A stretch of 63,881 nucleotides of DNA, the filler included, from Sphaeroforma arctica JP610 (Eukaryota), in NCBI RefSeq assembly GCF_001186125.1. It is 6 parts of 3 records of this genome, joined end to end, with 100 filler letters (N's around TTAATTAATTAA, not from the genome) between each part and the next. Parts side by side here need not be neighbours in the genome. Positions count along the whole stretch, not along the records: positions 19,820 to 43,793 come from NW_014040536.1; positions 43,894 to 49,725 come from NW_014040536.1; positions 49,826 to 58,637 come from NW_014040536.1; 3 more parts are not named here. One strand, 5' to 3'. The position numbers were made by a program, and so were the translations under genes. The notes under the pieces were generated by a model. It saw only the letters and a list, made by a program, of their open reading frames with translations, had not been told where the DNA came from and did no database searches. Of this stretch, positions 37,819 to 50,545 are shown piece by piece (positions within the stretch are counted from its first letter, which is position 1; every line of letters starts with the position of its first letter).

Positions 37819-39507
37819 TTACAATTCCTTTCTCGCCTGCTCCATAGTCTTCGTATCGGTTGCAGGCGACTTACTGATTGCTTTAACATTTTTGAAATGA
37901 CCTGCGGAATTGGACCATGCGTGCGTAATTAACTGTGCAGCTCTCAAAACTTCGAAGTCCGTTGTGTCCCGACTCATGCTTATGCGAAATGTACACCGAG
38001 CTAGCTCCTCTGAGATACCCATGGCCAGTAAAATTCGTGACGGCTTGCTGCTGGACGTGTGACACGCCGAACCTACACTCGCACACAACACTTTTGTGTG
38101 AACGAGAATGTCACGCGCAGATACAAAGATAGGTGTGTCGGTGTCTGGCTGAGGAGGCTGTCTGAGCGAGAAGTTGGATGTGTTTGGCAATCTCTCCACC
38201 GATTTGTTCTTGCCATTGAATATGACGTTGTGCTTACCTACAGACTGCTCCACCAGCAATTCAAATTTATCTCTATATGCACGCATGCGGATACCCACAC
38301 TCTCGACTGTTTCACCATTTCTTTGACACGGATTGGGCGTGCCTTTGTCAGATCGTCGATTTCCGCATACAATGCGTGCTGCTTCTCCAAGGCCCGCGAT
38401 CATGGGCGTGTTCTCTGTGCCACTTCTATAACCTCGCTCTTGTCCTCCGCCAAACATCATGTTACTTAATGGGGCACCCGCGTCTTCCAGATCGCGCACG
38501 CACAGTGCCCCAACTCTTGGTCCATGGAACTTATGTCCCACAATTGTCAGATAATCCACGTCCATAGCACGTATGTCCACTGGGATTTTGCCTATAGTTT
38601 GTGCGGCGTCTGTGTGAATGTATATTTTGCTCCCCCCCAACTCTGCTTTACGTTCTCGGACCCGCTTGCTTATCTCTTGCACTTGTTGTACTACACCCGT
38701 TTCGTTATTCGCGTGCATAATTGTGACAAGCACGGTGTTCACTTTGATCGCCTTCGCGAAGTCTTCCGCAAATACGGTACCTAATGCTGACGTTCTGACC
38801 CTCGTCAGCTCAATCGCCCCTCTCTCAGCGAGTACTTCACACAGCTGCATCACACTGTCGTGTTCAATATTAGACATGACCACGTGTGGCAGAGTGCCCG
38901 TAGGACCGCTCGACCCCTTGGCGAAACTATCTACCGCAGAGTGCACAGCCATGTTATTCGCTTCCGTTCCCCCAGACACAAAGATGACATCACTTTGGTC
39001 ACAGTTGACCATGCGTGCGATTGCTTCTCTCGCCTCAGATATAGTTTCCTTTGCAGCAACGCCAGACGCGTAGCTCGACGAGGGATTTCCCCAGGCCGTA
39101 GTACACGCTTCTGATATCGCGTCAACCACATGGCCATCAACAGGTGTGGTGGCGTTCACGTCCATATATATCGTACTGTCATCTCTAATACAGCCCGCTC
39201 GCTTGCCCGAGATCGAGGATATTTCTCTGTCTGCAACGGATGGCGGAATGATCACCCAGGGAATCAGAGATGCAGACACTTGCAGAAGGCTACGGGCTTC
39301 CGAGATAGGGCGACCCTTAATAAGACTGATAAGCGCGCAAGTGAAGTTGCATACGATCAGAGTGGTAGCGGCCACGCACACGCACACCAGAAAGGTAATG
39401 ATGGCTGCGTGCAACTGCCAAATGCATACCATCAAACACACTGCCGTGCACACGGTAATGGCTGGGTACGATTGTAATAATACGAAGATTTTCTCATAAT
39501 CGGACAT
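37819..39507 (-). CDS. SCLY: selenocysteine lyase-like class V PLP enzyme with hydrophobic N-terminal extension
   Basis: Single 562-aa ORF: IYMDVNATTP, GNPSS, SGGTEANN, EHDS, HTDAAQ, IVGHKF (PLP lysine), RSGTENT, SVGSACH. EHDS rather than EHK and VGHKF rather than SGHK favour SCLY over NFS1. Confidence 0.85.
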   Translation of the reverse strand: MSDYEKIFVLLQSYPAITVCTAVCLMVCIWQLHAAIITFLVCVCVAATTLIVCNFTCALISLIKGRPISEARSLLQVSASLIPWVIIPPSVADREISSISGKRAGCIRDDSTIYMDVNATTPVDGHVVDAISEACTTAWGNPSSSYASGVAAKETISEAREAIARMVNCDQSDVIFVSGGTEANNMAVHSAVDSFAKGSSGPTGTLPHVVMSNIEHDSVMQLCEVLAERGAIELTRVRTSALGTVFAEDFAKAIKVNTVLVTIMHANNETGVVQQVQEISKRVRERKAELGGSKIYIHTDAAQTIGKIPVDIRAMDVDYLTIVGHKFHGPRVGALCVRDLEDAGAPLSNMMFGGGQERGYRSGTENTPMIAGLGEAARIVCGNRRSDKGTPNPCQRNGETVESVGIRMRAYRDKFELLVEQSVGKHNVIFNGKNKSVERLPNTSNFSLRQPPQPDTDTPIFVSARDILVHTKVLCASVGSACHTSSSKPSRILLAMGISEELARCTFRISMSRDTTDFEVLRAAQLITHAWSNSAGHFKNVKAISKSPATDTKTMEQARKEL

Positions 39508-39686
39508 GCTGTTTACACTTTACACTCTTGAGTAAATTGTGAATTTTATACCTGTCATCACAAGAATATATAAAAACTTAAAAAATATATAATATATAAA
39601 TTGAAGAAATATATATAGGTATCTCTTAGTTCTCAAATATTGTAGTACATTCCTTATGTCGCCTCTGAGCACATAGGCCATCCGCG

Positions 39687-41942
39687 ATGGCGGCAAACTG
39701 TGCATTGCGCCACAGAGTGAACCCGTATATAGTACTCTTAGTTACCGTGACTCTCATACTCATAGTATGTTCCTTCATATTCAAGGATAGCTTGCTAAAA
39801 CACCTGGGAGAATTCGCAGAGATCATCCGCGACGCCGGTACACTGTAGGTTGCTTTCTACATTGTATCAGTCTATATTATTCTAGAGTACCTGATGTTGT
39901 TTTCAGCTCAATCCCATATGCTTTTTTTATTGTTGAATCTTCTGCTCGTCTAGTACACGACATACATAGTTGCTTTTGGAGGTTGGAGCTCCTATATGGA
40001 TACTGAAAAGGTGAAGGTTCTATGTTTTTCTGGTTAGGTACCTGCCTAGTTTCTCGAATATAATACTATGAGTAAATGATGTAAGTTTTCATCTAGGTTT
40101 GTGGTTTGTATATAGTCAACAAACCTGTACGCTTAAATTGTAGTTTTTGTTGTATCTATGTATTTTTTTACTATTGCGGTCAGCAAATACGCTCCAAGAC
40201 TATATGAGTGTGAAAGGAGGTATAAGGTATAAATGTATACGAGTTTCGTATGCGGTGGTATATGAAAACGTGGAAGGAATCCCAGTATAAAACAATCGAG
40301 TAGAAAGGGGTGCATATACAATGATACTACGACAATAGAGTTCATTTCCATACCCGCCAGTAGATTCGAGTGTTACTGATGCTCAAGAAGTATAGATCTT
40401 GTATGTATGTCGGTAAGCGAACGAAGACCTGGCTAATATTTCGCTTAGTAACTGATTTTATACAACAATAATCACAAGCTGTAAAACTTTATTCACCTAC
40501 TCATGCTTGCTTCACCAAGACCAGTGGCAAACCAAGATGTTTTGATTCATAGTGTCTACCTGATTCATTCCTACAGGGGTATCCTCATCTGTTGGTTTCT
40601 TGTCGTTATCACGAGTGTACCACCGATGCCTGGTTACTCCGCCTCAATCATCACGTGTGGTTACCTCTATGGGTAAGCGAGGTGAATGTCTTGGTCGTTC
40701 GACGTATAAAAGACGTCTGGCAAAATTAGATGTAGCATAAAGCTATGCCGAATAAAACCGCAAACCTTATAGTACTCTTAACCGATCTTCGATCAGGCTT
40801 TGGGTGTAGCGTAGTGTTATGAAAAATATAATCCTAACGTTGCGAATGCATTATTAAACTCGATCTTCAACCAGATATAAAGGCTTCTTTCTAGCGTACT
40901 TTGGCGCCCTGGCTGGGGCCACATTTGCTTTTACGGGTGGGAGATGGTTATTCAAGGAGCAGGTCGAGCGTAAACTGATGGATCAGCCGAGGATGTCGGC
41001 ACTGGCCGCGACGATCGCAGTCGCCGATTTCAAGGTGAACTTTAGTGGTTTTTTGAATTCGTTCATTCTTTGTCCCCTCTCTTCCTTATTATTGACCTTA
41101 TGGGCTCTAATTTTCTCCATCCGATTCTTCCTCGGCATCAGATGCTCGTCTTGATACGCATTGCTCCCTATCCGTACACTATTCTGAATGTATTATTCTC
41201 AGTTACGGACATTCCACTGACTCAGTTCGTGGCTGCCACTGCCATCTCCCTCGTTAAAGGTAGTGTATACACGTTCGACTTTTCCGTGGTCCATAACCCA
41301 AAGGAGATTTTATTAATTCGAGTTACTCGAGGTTCAATTGTAGTGCGTATTCTGAGTCTTTGAATCGCCGTCTTACCACTCATCGCTTTCCATATATTTG
41401 CTGCAACCAGTCATCATCCATGTATCCGTCGGAGTATCTCTTTCAAGTCTGGATAATGACACAAGGGAAACCAGTAAGGCTGATTGTTTTTTACCCCGGA
41501 CCTCTGTTCTGTGCTAAAATCGAGTAGCTGTACTCATGAAGTGAAGACTAGGCAAGGCGCTTACTAATTACTAGCTATATTGCTAATCGTTATTTTCAGG
41601 TACTGGGGAGTACTTGCTGTTGATATTCGGTGGTATTTTGACCGTCTACTTGACTTTTTATGCGTACAAGGTGTCGCAAGCGGCTGTCGATCGACACACA
41701 CATCAGGTACAATGGTTGTGTGGATCTCATTACTGTCTAGAATGAACGAATTTTTACGTTAATCTACAAGGTGGACTTTTTTGCTTGTGTATCGCCAGAC
41801 ACATCGTGTTAAGAGTGTATCTCATCGTTCCAATCAACCAATGAAACAGGCGTTACCTCTGAACTCCCTCGAGACAGTGGTGGAAGAAGAAGCGGAGGAA
41901 GTCCAATTCATTCCAAGTCGACGGCTTTCAATTTTAAGCTGA
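39687..41942 (+). CDS. TVP38/TMEM64-like VTT (SNARE-associated, DedA superfamily) membrane protein, 7 exons
   Basis: Exons approx. 39687-39844, 40577-40672, 40875-41034, 41142-41259, 41412-41473, 41600-41706, 41850-41942. Motifs TSVPPMPGYS..CGYLYG, GALAGATFAF..GRW, LIRIAPYPYTILN. Confidence 0.85.
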
Positions 41943-43941
41943 TCATGTACAAGTGTCGACAGAACGAACTTGTTTTGAAAATTGCAGTGTCCTCCCCGCC
42001 ATCTGTTCTGCAACCGATGCGTCCTGGGACTATCGGGACGAAATAAGGTTGTTGCTAGTGCTGCCTCAGGAAGGATCTCCCCTAGAATTGTACCTAGATA
42101 TCATATGAATTGGTCTTTTTTTTTTTTGGAATGGGATGTGGAAACTACCGTTTACAATATCGCTGTGATCGTACATGATTTTTTTATATAAGCTGAGCAT
42201 CGAGATCCGGAGGGCCACCTTCTCGTGGAGTATATATGTACATTACGATGTGTAATTGTGGTATATATGTACATCACGAACTGTAATTCTGCCTTTGTCG
42301 GTTTGAATTTGGAATGAATCTCGTGTGTGATTGCCACATTCACCCCGATGTGTTCATGGTGCAGACTTCCAATAAATGTCAAGAATCAATTCTTATTTCC
42401 GTCAGCTGCTATCAATATGATGTCCCCTACAACGACGAAAAGAGACAATCTTCTTTATTTTCAGGCACATTAGCCTCGCATTGCTTTGACCTTTATATTG
42501 CATTTTTGTCTCGTCTGCCAGATTTTCATAGTGATCGAACATTGGTCAAAGTTAACGACCGTTGGAAATGGGAGTCGATCTAATGCATATCGACAACAAA
42601 ACTAACTTCGATAGGGATGTTGACTTAAATTCGAGTTTGCACTCGAGAAGTGTGTATTCGAGAAGCAACCAGGTGGGCACACGACTTCGCTTGCAGTTGC
42701 ATCATACTCTCAGCCCCCTAAAATATATTGAATAGTATATATCATGTGAAGCCCGACTTGATGAAGTGTCGATTATCAACAGATTTGCCTCACAATGAAT
42801 TGAGAATGATTGAAATACTATCCCTTCAAGCGACAGTCCAAGCGTGCGCAAGTAGGATGTTGGAAATAAGTCCAGAGCAATCGGAATAGATACTTGTATC
42901 ATCGGTGTGTAATGACCTAAAAATCCTACTGCGAATGTTTCTATTTCGTTTTTCTATTGTCACCAACAGTATACCATGCTGGCGGGAAGATTCTGGGTTG
43001 ATACTATCGCGTGTATCCATGTTCTCAAAGTATATGTTAAAATGAGATTTGGATTGGCCCCGAGGAGTTACATAAGAATGTCACTCAGTCGGAGACGACG
43101 ATGTTCTCATTCCTTGATGGCCGTTTCGACCATATCAATTTTCAACCGTGTCTTCGTCGCATATCTGTCTCAGTGGTAAGATATACTTAATATCTTGTGT
43201 TTGTAGTTCTGATTCGTGGTTCTCTTTGCAGATTGTACGATAAAATCGTTTTAAAACATAGTGCATGCATCAGGAGAACCTATCTCGATTAACCTGGATA
43301 ATCAGCTCGTAAATTAGCAGTTGCGTTTCATTTGCGACTCTTACTGAAGTTTTGCCCGTCCTAATATAAACTGCTCGTGTATCGAAGACTACAGTGATGC
43401 TAAGTGCCCTGCCGTTATTTCCTATTACAAGTGACGATAATTAAATTATCCCTTTTTTTAAGTATTCTGTTGTGTTAGTTATCAGCGACATGCATCTCGA
43501 ATGCCAGTTTCAGGGCCTAGTATATAAAATCACAGGCGCACAAAGCATGTCTGTGTTATATATCTATATCCAAGGATTTATGCAGAGGAGTACCGTCACA
43601 CTTATAAGTTGTGTTCAACAACGAACATGTATTTGCAATATATATGTGAATTTGTATATATGTATACGACAACATAAGCGTAAAGATATAATAATTAAGT
43701 ATTATTCTAGATACATATATCTGTAATATATTCTATATACACTTATTACTATTCAATATATATCTACGAAGTATCCTCTCTCTCTATATATATNNNNNNN
43801 NNNNNNNNNNNNNNNNNNNNNNNNNNNNNNNNNNNNNTTAATTAATTAANNNNNNNNNNNNNNNNNNNNNNNNNNNNNNNNNNNNNNNNNNNNAGGAGTA
43901 CCACCTACTGCAATGGACACATGGGAAGCGTACCTGGACGG

Positions 43942-44850
43942 GCATCTAGGGACCATATTATCAGAAAGCCAATTCAAATCTCAAACCCTCGGAATCATCA
44001 AATATTGAGTTTTGGAATGAAGAATCATATATTTCTGATATTTGAGTCATCAGAAATAAAAGCGGTAGAACCGTGAGCTATACCGGGACTCCGCGTGTGA
44101 GAGAACCACTCAAGTAGGGGAAAAACCGTACCTTTCAGCTACTCTCCATACTCTATAAATGAATCAGATATTGCAGATGCTGATGTTCTTACATTATACC
44201 GTAAACGCACTCGACGCAAACGAAGGCAATCAAGGCCGACGAAATCAACAGCAACGAGCACTGATGAGAGATCAGCGAGCAACAGAAAGCGCGCGAGGCG
44301 GGGAACCTAAGCAAGTCTCAATGATACCAAGGGACACCCCCACTTGTCTCACCTTGAAGTATCGAGAGCACCGGTCGAGACTGACTCCGATGAGCATGGT
44401 TGAGAACTCCCGTCAATGTATCATTGATAAATAGGTATTATGTAAGGATAGATAATGATGGCAGGTTTTTCATCTTAACCCACTAGGAGACAAGTTTTTG
44501 CCTTGTACAAAAACACTAACCTCTGGACAATATAGTACTGTAAGTTGTCACTTTGTACTCTTACACAGGCTAAAAGCATAAAGTTGAGGGGCTGTAACAT
44601 CTAGGGACCAGATTACCATAAAACCAATACAAATTCCAAAACTTCAGAATCATCAATTATGGAGTTTAGGAATTCGGATTCAAATATTCCTGATATTAGA
44701 GTCATCAGAAATATTTGCGGTAGAACCGGTAAACTATACCGGGACTCCGCGTATCAAGGGAACACTCAAGTAGAAATCTGAGTCTAGTGAATTAGAAAAC
44801 ACAAATAAAGACTCAGTTCGGTTCTCTCAGACTAGAGACTTTTCCTAGCA
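43942..44850 (+). mobile_element. gypsy family B miniature derivative: LTR - 435-bp internal segment - PPT - LTR
   Basis: LTR piece 43942-44157; internal region homologous to the reverse complement of 47983-48475; purine-rich AAGTTGAGGGGC immediately before TGTAAC at 44593; second LTR truncated near 44850. Confidence 0.75.
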
Positions 44851-45959
44851 AAAACCACCAACATTAATTGGAACAGAGTCGCCACTCTCCATTGTATACA
44901 ATTGTATTTCTAAATATACAATAATAGATCATTTGGTTGATTGTTTTTGCATTTTCAATATATCAAATTTTAGATAATTTGAATACTGCGCATTTACAAA
45001 TACCTACAATCGCATTTCAACGTATAAGGTTTAAGCGTCCATACGTTTATAATACACACTTAACATGTTCTTCTACTATAGGAACCCGCTGTTTTTACAA
45101 AATGCATCAAAAGAGCACGTCGCTGATGACGATGGATTTTTGGCATGTCCATCGCAAAATGCAAATCCGCTGGTTCCAATTAATTTCTGCCCAAAGATTT
45201 CTCAGCAGTTGTGGACTTCTGAATACTTCTGAACCCACAAAATTCTGCCGACATCTCATCAGATGGCGAATTTGTTTGTGCCTGGGTTTGAACGTGCTGC
45301 AACATATGCTCCATGTGAGTAATGCGCATATTTTTTGTATAGTGCTACCTGGGGTATAGGCTTCGTGCGACTAATTATGAGCTTATTTACTGCTGTTTTG
45401 TTGTATAGCGGTAGCCCCGTTGTTACATAGATTGCGAGTTGGCGTTGGGCATTGAAAAGCCCAACGTAGTTGTGTTGGTGGTACTGTTTGTTGTCGAAGT
45501 TTGCAACGTTTGCAGCCGAATCAGCCGAATACTATCCGTAGCTTTCCGCACTGCGCCAGCTTTCCCAAGTGGCCAGCCCGGTCATTATGTTTAGTTGTAT
45601 TTATTCAACGTAGAAATTGAGTGTTGAGCCTCAAAGAACAGTCTGGAAAGCGTAACGTGAATTCCTGCCTTCACTTCCTCATCCGGTGTCGGATTAATTT
45701 AAAACGCTGTCGAAACCTTAGCACAAATCAAAGGCAATTGTCGATGAACTCCAAGCAGACCAAACAATATCCAGTCACAGGCTTTCTTGCCTACCGTAAA
45801 TCCCGATGTAGCAGTAGTATTCTTCATTGTGATGATTGTTTTATTAACAATTTGATTTATGTTAATTCAGCCTTTAAAGAATGTAGTATAACAATTACTT
45901 GCGATAATGTCGGATGAGTCATAATTCTATCCTATATAGTTATATATTCCACTACCTAG

Positions 45960-47490
45960 GTTGAACTTCTGATCCAATCCTGAAATAACCCCCTGAGTTG
46001 GGTGTTCTGTGTGACCCGGTCTTGAAATCGTCTCTTAGGTCCGGTCTCTGGTGCCGTCGTAAATATCTGTTTATGACACTTTGTTCGCATGCCAACATCG
46101 GAATCAGACACACGATAGTCGAGGCATCGACGATTAGTGCAAGATACAGATGGGCATGTTTGTTTCCAGGTCAGTGTCCTCTTGACCATTGTGCGTATGC
46201 TCGTTGGCATCCTTCAACACATTTGCTCGTTGGCATCCTTCAACACACTTGATGTTTTGATGTTGAAGGTATCTTCATGCAATCGTGATGCATGTCGGCA
46301 ACTTTATTGTCTTTGTGTGGCACGTGTATGATTGTGAAGTGGTGATGGAATGTTTTCGATATCCACTTTGCTAGCTTAGGATGCAGCGTTTGCTGATTGT
46401 TCATCTGGTACAATGCTTTGTGTTCTGTTCACAATGTTATATCGCCTCCTATGTTGTATTCCGAGAAGCGTTGTAGACTGTATGCCAGCGCTAGTAACTA
46501 TTTCGCGTTTATCCTATATATCTGCTGTGCGGGATTTGAGGCTTTTGAGAAATAGAGTATATCTCGTCTGGCCCCTTCTATGATTTGAAACAGACAGCCT
46601 CCTATGCCATAATCACCTGCGTCGTACATGATCTGGAACGATACTCCATCCCAATGTTGCTGAACATGCAATAGCTTCTCTAAGTTTTACCTATTTCTTA
46701 ATGAGCTCTGGTGTCCAAAGATTTGCTATATTCTGATTCATTTTTTCTCTTACTTATATGTGCAAACTGGGATATGTGGTCTCGCATGTAGTTTGCTAGT
46801 CCGATTGCTCGATGTAAGCCTCGGTTGGCTCTTGGCAGTGGCCAGTCAATCATGCGTTTTTGTTTCTCAGAGTCTGTTTTGAGCCCTATTGTAGCAACTT
46901 TGACGCATAGGATATTGAATGTCTTGACTGCAAACGCACATTTGTTGTGATTCAGCCTGAAGTTGGTGACTTCTCGTACTGTTTGCCTGTGTTCTCCTTC
47001 TGTGAGACTGGTAATGACTTTGTCGTCAACGTATACCCGTACAACTTTAATACCAATGAGGAGATTGGCCATCACTCTTTGAAATTGGGCTGTTAACGAG
47101 TGTAGTCCAAATGGTGCTGACTTAAATGAGTATAATGCCCATCTCCACAAAAAGGTGAAGTGTTGGCTAATTTTGTGTACACGAAAATGGTGGAAGCCCC
47201 CTGTCAAGCCCAATTTGGGGGAAAGTTGTGCACCTTGTAGGTTGTGGAGTATTTATTCTATTTTAGGCAACACGAATTTGTCCTGTTCGTGTTGATAGTT
47301 GACTTCTCTCAAGTCCAACTACTTTCTTTAATAGGCCTGTCTGTTCAAATTCACCTGTTGACAGTAGTGGTAGATTCACCTGTGCTGGTGTTGTTCTCTT
47401 GTATATGTGTATATGTGTCCGTCTTTGACCCATTTTTGAACATTGTCATCTGTTTTTGGTGTGAATTTGTGTGGAACAAAGTTCACTATA
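45960..47490 (-). pseudogene. degenerate Ty3/gypsy pol (RT-RNase H)
   Basis: APFGL..AQFQRVM..VYVDD, DWPLP..GLANYMRDHI, FQIMYDAGDYGIGGCLFQ; many stops and frameshifts. Confidence 0.9.
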
Positions 47491-47497
47491 GCGTGAG

Positions 47498-47651
47498 CAT
47501 CTAGGGATTAGATTATCAAAAAGTCAATACAAATCCCAAAACCTCAGAATTTTAAAATATTGGGTTTTGGAATTAGGATTCAAATATTCCTGATATTAGA
47601 GTCATCAGGAATATCAGCGGTAGAACCGGTAAGCTATACCGGGACTCTGCA
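47498..47651 (+). repeat. partial family B LTR (5' half)
   Basis: CATCTAGGGA..GCGGTAGAACCGGTAAGCTATACCGGGACTC, matching the LTR copy that starts at 44593. Confidence 0.9.
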
Positions 47652-47982
47652 TGTAGAGTATGGAGAGTAGCTGAAAGGTACGAGACAAAGGATACAATAG
47701 ACCTCTTCTCAAGTACGATTTTCTCAGCTAGGAAAAGTACCTAGTCTGAGAGACCCGAACTGAGTCTTTTTTTATGTTTTCTAATTCACTAGACTCGGGA
47801 TTTCACTTGAGTGTTTATCTCACACGCGGAGTCCCGGTCTAGCTTACCGGTTCTACCGCTAATATTTCTGATGACTCTAATATCAGAAACATTCCGTTCC
47901 AAATTCTAAAACTCAATATTTGATGATTCTGGGATTTGGGATTTGTATTGGCTTTATGATAATCTGGTCCCCAGATGCTACA
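47652..47982 (-). repeat. complete 331-bp family B 3' LTR (TGTAG...CTACA)
   Basis: TG..CA termini with a 5-bp inverted repeat; lies downstream of the integrase on minus. Confidence 0.88.
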
Positions 47983-49720
47983 ACTTTATGCTTCTTAGCA
48001 CGCGTAGGAGTAGAAAGTGACATTTTACAGTACTAGATTATCTAGGGGTGGGTGTTTTTGTACAGGGAAAAACTTGTCCCTTAGGGCGCATACGATGGAA
48101 AACCTGCCATCATTATCTATGTTTACATATTACCTTTTAATTAAGTTTGTACTATGACGGGAGTTATCTACCACGCTCATTGGAGTCAGTCTTGCTCTCG
48201 GTTGATATCAACTTGGCTTAAGAAAACGCATCGCAACGGTGGCTCTACAGCCGAATCTTTGGTCTTTGTCCCTCTGGTGTGTGGGGGAGCATACTTCAAG
48301 GCGAGGAAAGTGGAAGTGTCCCTTGGTATCAGTGAGGCTTGCTTAAGTCTCCCGCTTGTTCGCTGATCTTTTATCAGTGCTCGTCGTCTTTTGGCCTTGA
48401 CTGCCTTCGTTGTTTGTCGAGTGCGTTGACGGTATGTTGTAATGACTTCAGTATCTGCGATGTCTGATTCGTGCGTCCAGGTACGCTCACCATCTGACCA
48501 TTGCAGTAGGTACTCCTGGGATCCTGGACGGCTTGTCGTCGAGTATCAAGGAGAACTGAGTCTCTTCGTTTGGTTGTACGTGATTATTGGAAGTGGATGC
48601 TTCCGGAGCACTGGCCCTTTTCACGAGTCCAAGTAGTTCATCACTGACCAAGTCAAGATATTCCGAGGCTTTAATCCCACCAAGGTTATAGACAATATAC
48701 TCGTTGCCCTCTCTGCATACTATTTTGTATGGTCCGCCCTTTGGTGCAGTCATTTTGTTCATTTCGCAAGGTCCCCTTCCTAGAAGTTCACATACTTCTT
48801 TTGGCCTTTTCGGTCGGATGCTGCGCACATCTTTTCTTGATATTGCGCAGCGTTGCTGTCTGTTTGTGGCATAATGGCTTCTTCTAGACGCTGCAGTCGC
48901 TCTTCCCAAGATTCTGTTGTATTGGGTGCGGTCACTGGCGTGTTGTAGTCCATGAGTTGATTCTGTCTGCGACCGTGCCTTCTTGATGTACGCAGATTGT
49001 GGCCCATCTGTACGAAGGGAAGTCGTGAACACCAGTTCTCTGGGGTTTGTTCAACGAATTTCCGTAACAGTGGCACGAGGTCTCTTTGTGATCGTTTGTT
49101 CGCGCCCAAGACTTTAGGTTGGTACGGCTGAGAAACTAAGTGTTGTTTTGGCGCTTGTTCAACAACTTTCGGAAATATTTGATAACATATTCAGTGCCTT
49201 GGTCAGTCTGTAAGATTTGCGGGAATCCATGTTCACACATGATTGGTACCAGCGTGCGTGCTATGGTAGCCGCTGATTTGTCCATCATTGGTCGTAATAT
49301 GACAAATGATGAGTATACATCTAGCCATACTAAACACATTTGCGTGTCCTCTGTTTGAGTCCAATAGTGACCCAATGGTGTTCACTTGGACTCTGTCGCC
49401 TGGAAATGCAGCTGTAATTGATTGTAAGAGGTGGAATCCTTTTTGTGTATCGTATTTTTGAGACATGGTATGCATCCTTTAATGAATTTGTGTACATGTT
49501 GTTGGATTTGGGGTCAATCAAGTCCATCTGTTTGCAACTTGTTTACCGTTTCCTCGGGAGTGTAATGTCCCATGTTGTGGTATTGCTCGATGATGTTGAC
49601 ACGTGTCTCGTATTATGTTGCCAGTGGTGCATCTCCAGAGTGAACTGGTTGTGATACTGCAATGTGTATGGCAGGTTGTTCCCGCGTTGAGTCAAAGTAT
49701 GGAGACTTTACTCCTATCTT
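47983..49720 (-). mobile_element. gypsy family B 3' portion with degenerate integrase
   Basis: LDVYSSFVILRP, HGFPQILQTDQGTEY, GANKRS..NWCSRLPFVQMGHN, GPYKIV (GPY/F motif). Confidence 0.9.
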
Positions 49721-49873
49721 TGCTANNNNNNNNNNNNNNNNNNNNNNNNNNNNNNNNNNNNNNNNNNNNTTAATTAATTAANNNNNNNNNNNNNNNNNNN
49801 NNNNNNNNNNNNNNNNNNNNNNNNNTATGTATATATAGGTACTATANATAGTANAGTATACGATATATAGTAT

Positions 49874-49925
<52 letters not shown>

Positions 49926-50545
49926 GTAGTATATACTATATATAGATTGAGAGATAGATAGATATATTGAGAGATAGATAGATAGGTAGATATATATATA
50001 TATATATATAGATAAATAGATAGATAGATTGATAGATATATAGATTTAAATTTGGAACAATGGTGCAACAAAAAAAACAACAACAACTTTTGTTCTCCGA
50101 AACGTCTTGTAGCCTTCTACGTAGAATATTCACAACTTGCAAGGAAAATATAATTTAGGAGGGCTTTGACAAGCACTTGTTTGATTTACTAGCGAATCAA
50201 CGAATTTTGGAATAAATAATTTAGTCTACGAGCGCGATTGCATTTCTTGATCCACAGATTGCGGCCAGTAGTCGGAACGCATATAGATTCTACATATACA
50301 CAATTCTGACGATGCGACAATGACAAAATCAATCACTGAAGTATTAACCACTTTCCCTATACAAATTGTACATACAAATAGCATTTCCATCGTTTGATGG
50401 CTGTTTTTAATTGTTGGACTAAGTTTGTGTTTTTTGGTGATTGGTATGTTGGGTGCATCATTTGTGTACACACCAATAAATTATCTTCTTTTCAGCCTAT
50501 TCAGCAGTTATTCCAGCGGAGTGATGCCCAATATATTTTTCTGTA

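Noticed and set aside
45078..45830. Possible decayed minus-strand gene inside the gypsy nest
   Set aside because: About 10 stops in approx. 250 codons is near random expectation and no motif was recognised.
47860..47895. Hammerhead ribozyme (CTGATGA..GAAAC) in the family B LTR
   Set aside because: The motifs pair with each other as a simple hairpin; there is no stem II closing pair and no stem I or III with a cleavage triplet. The CTGATGA on minus near 19330 likewise lacks a GAAA partner.
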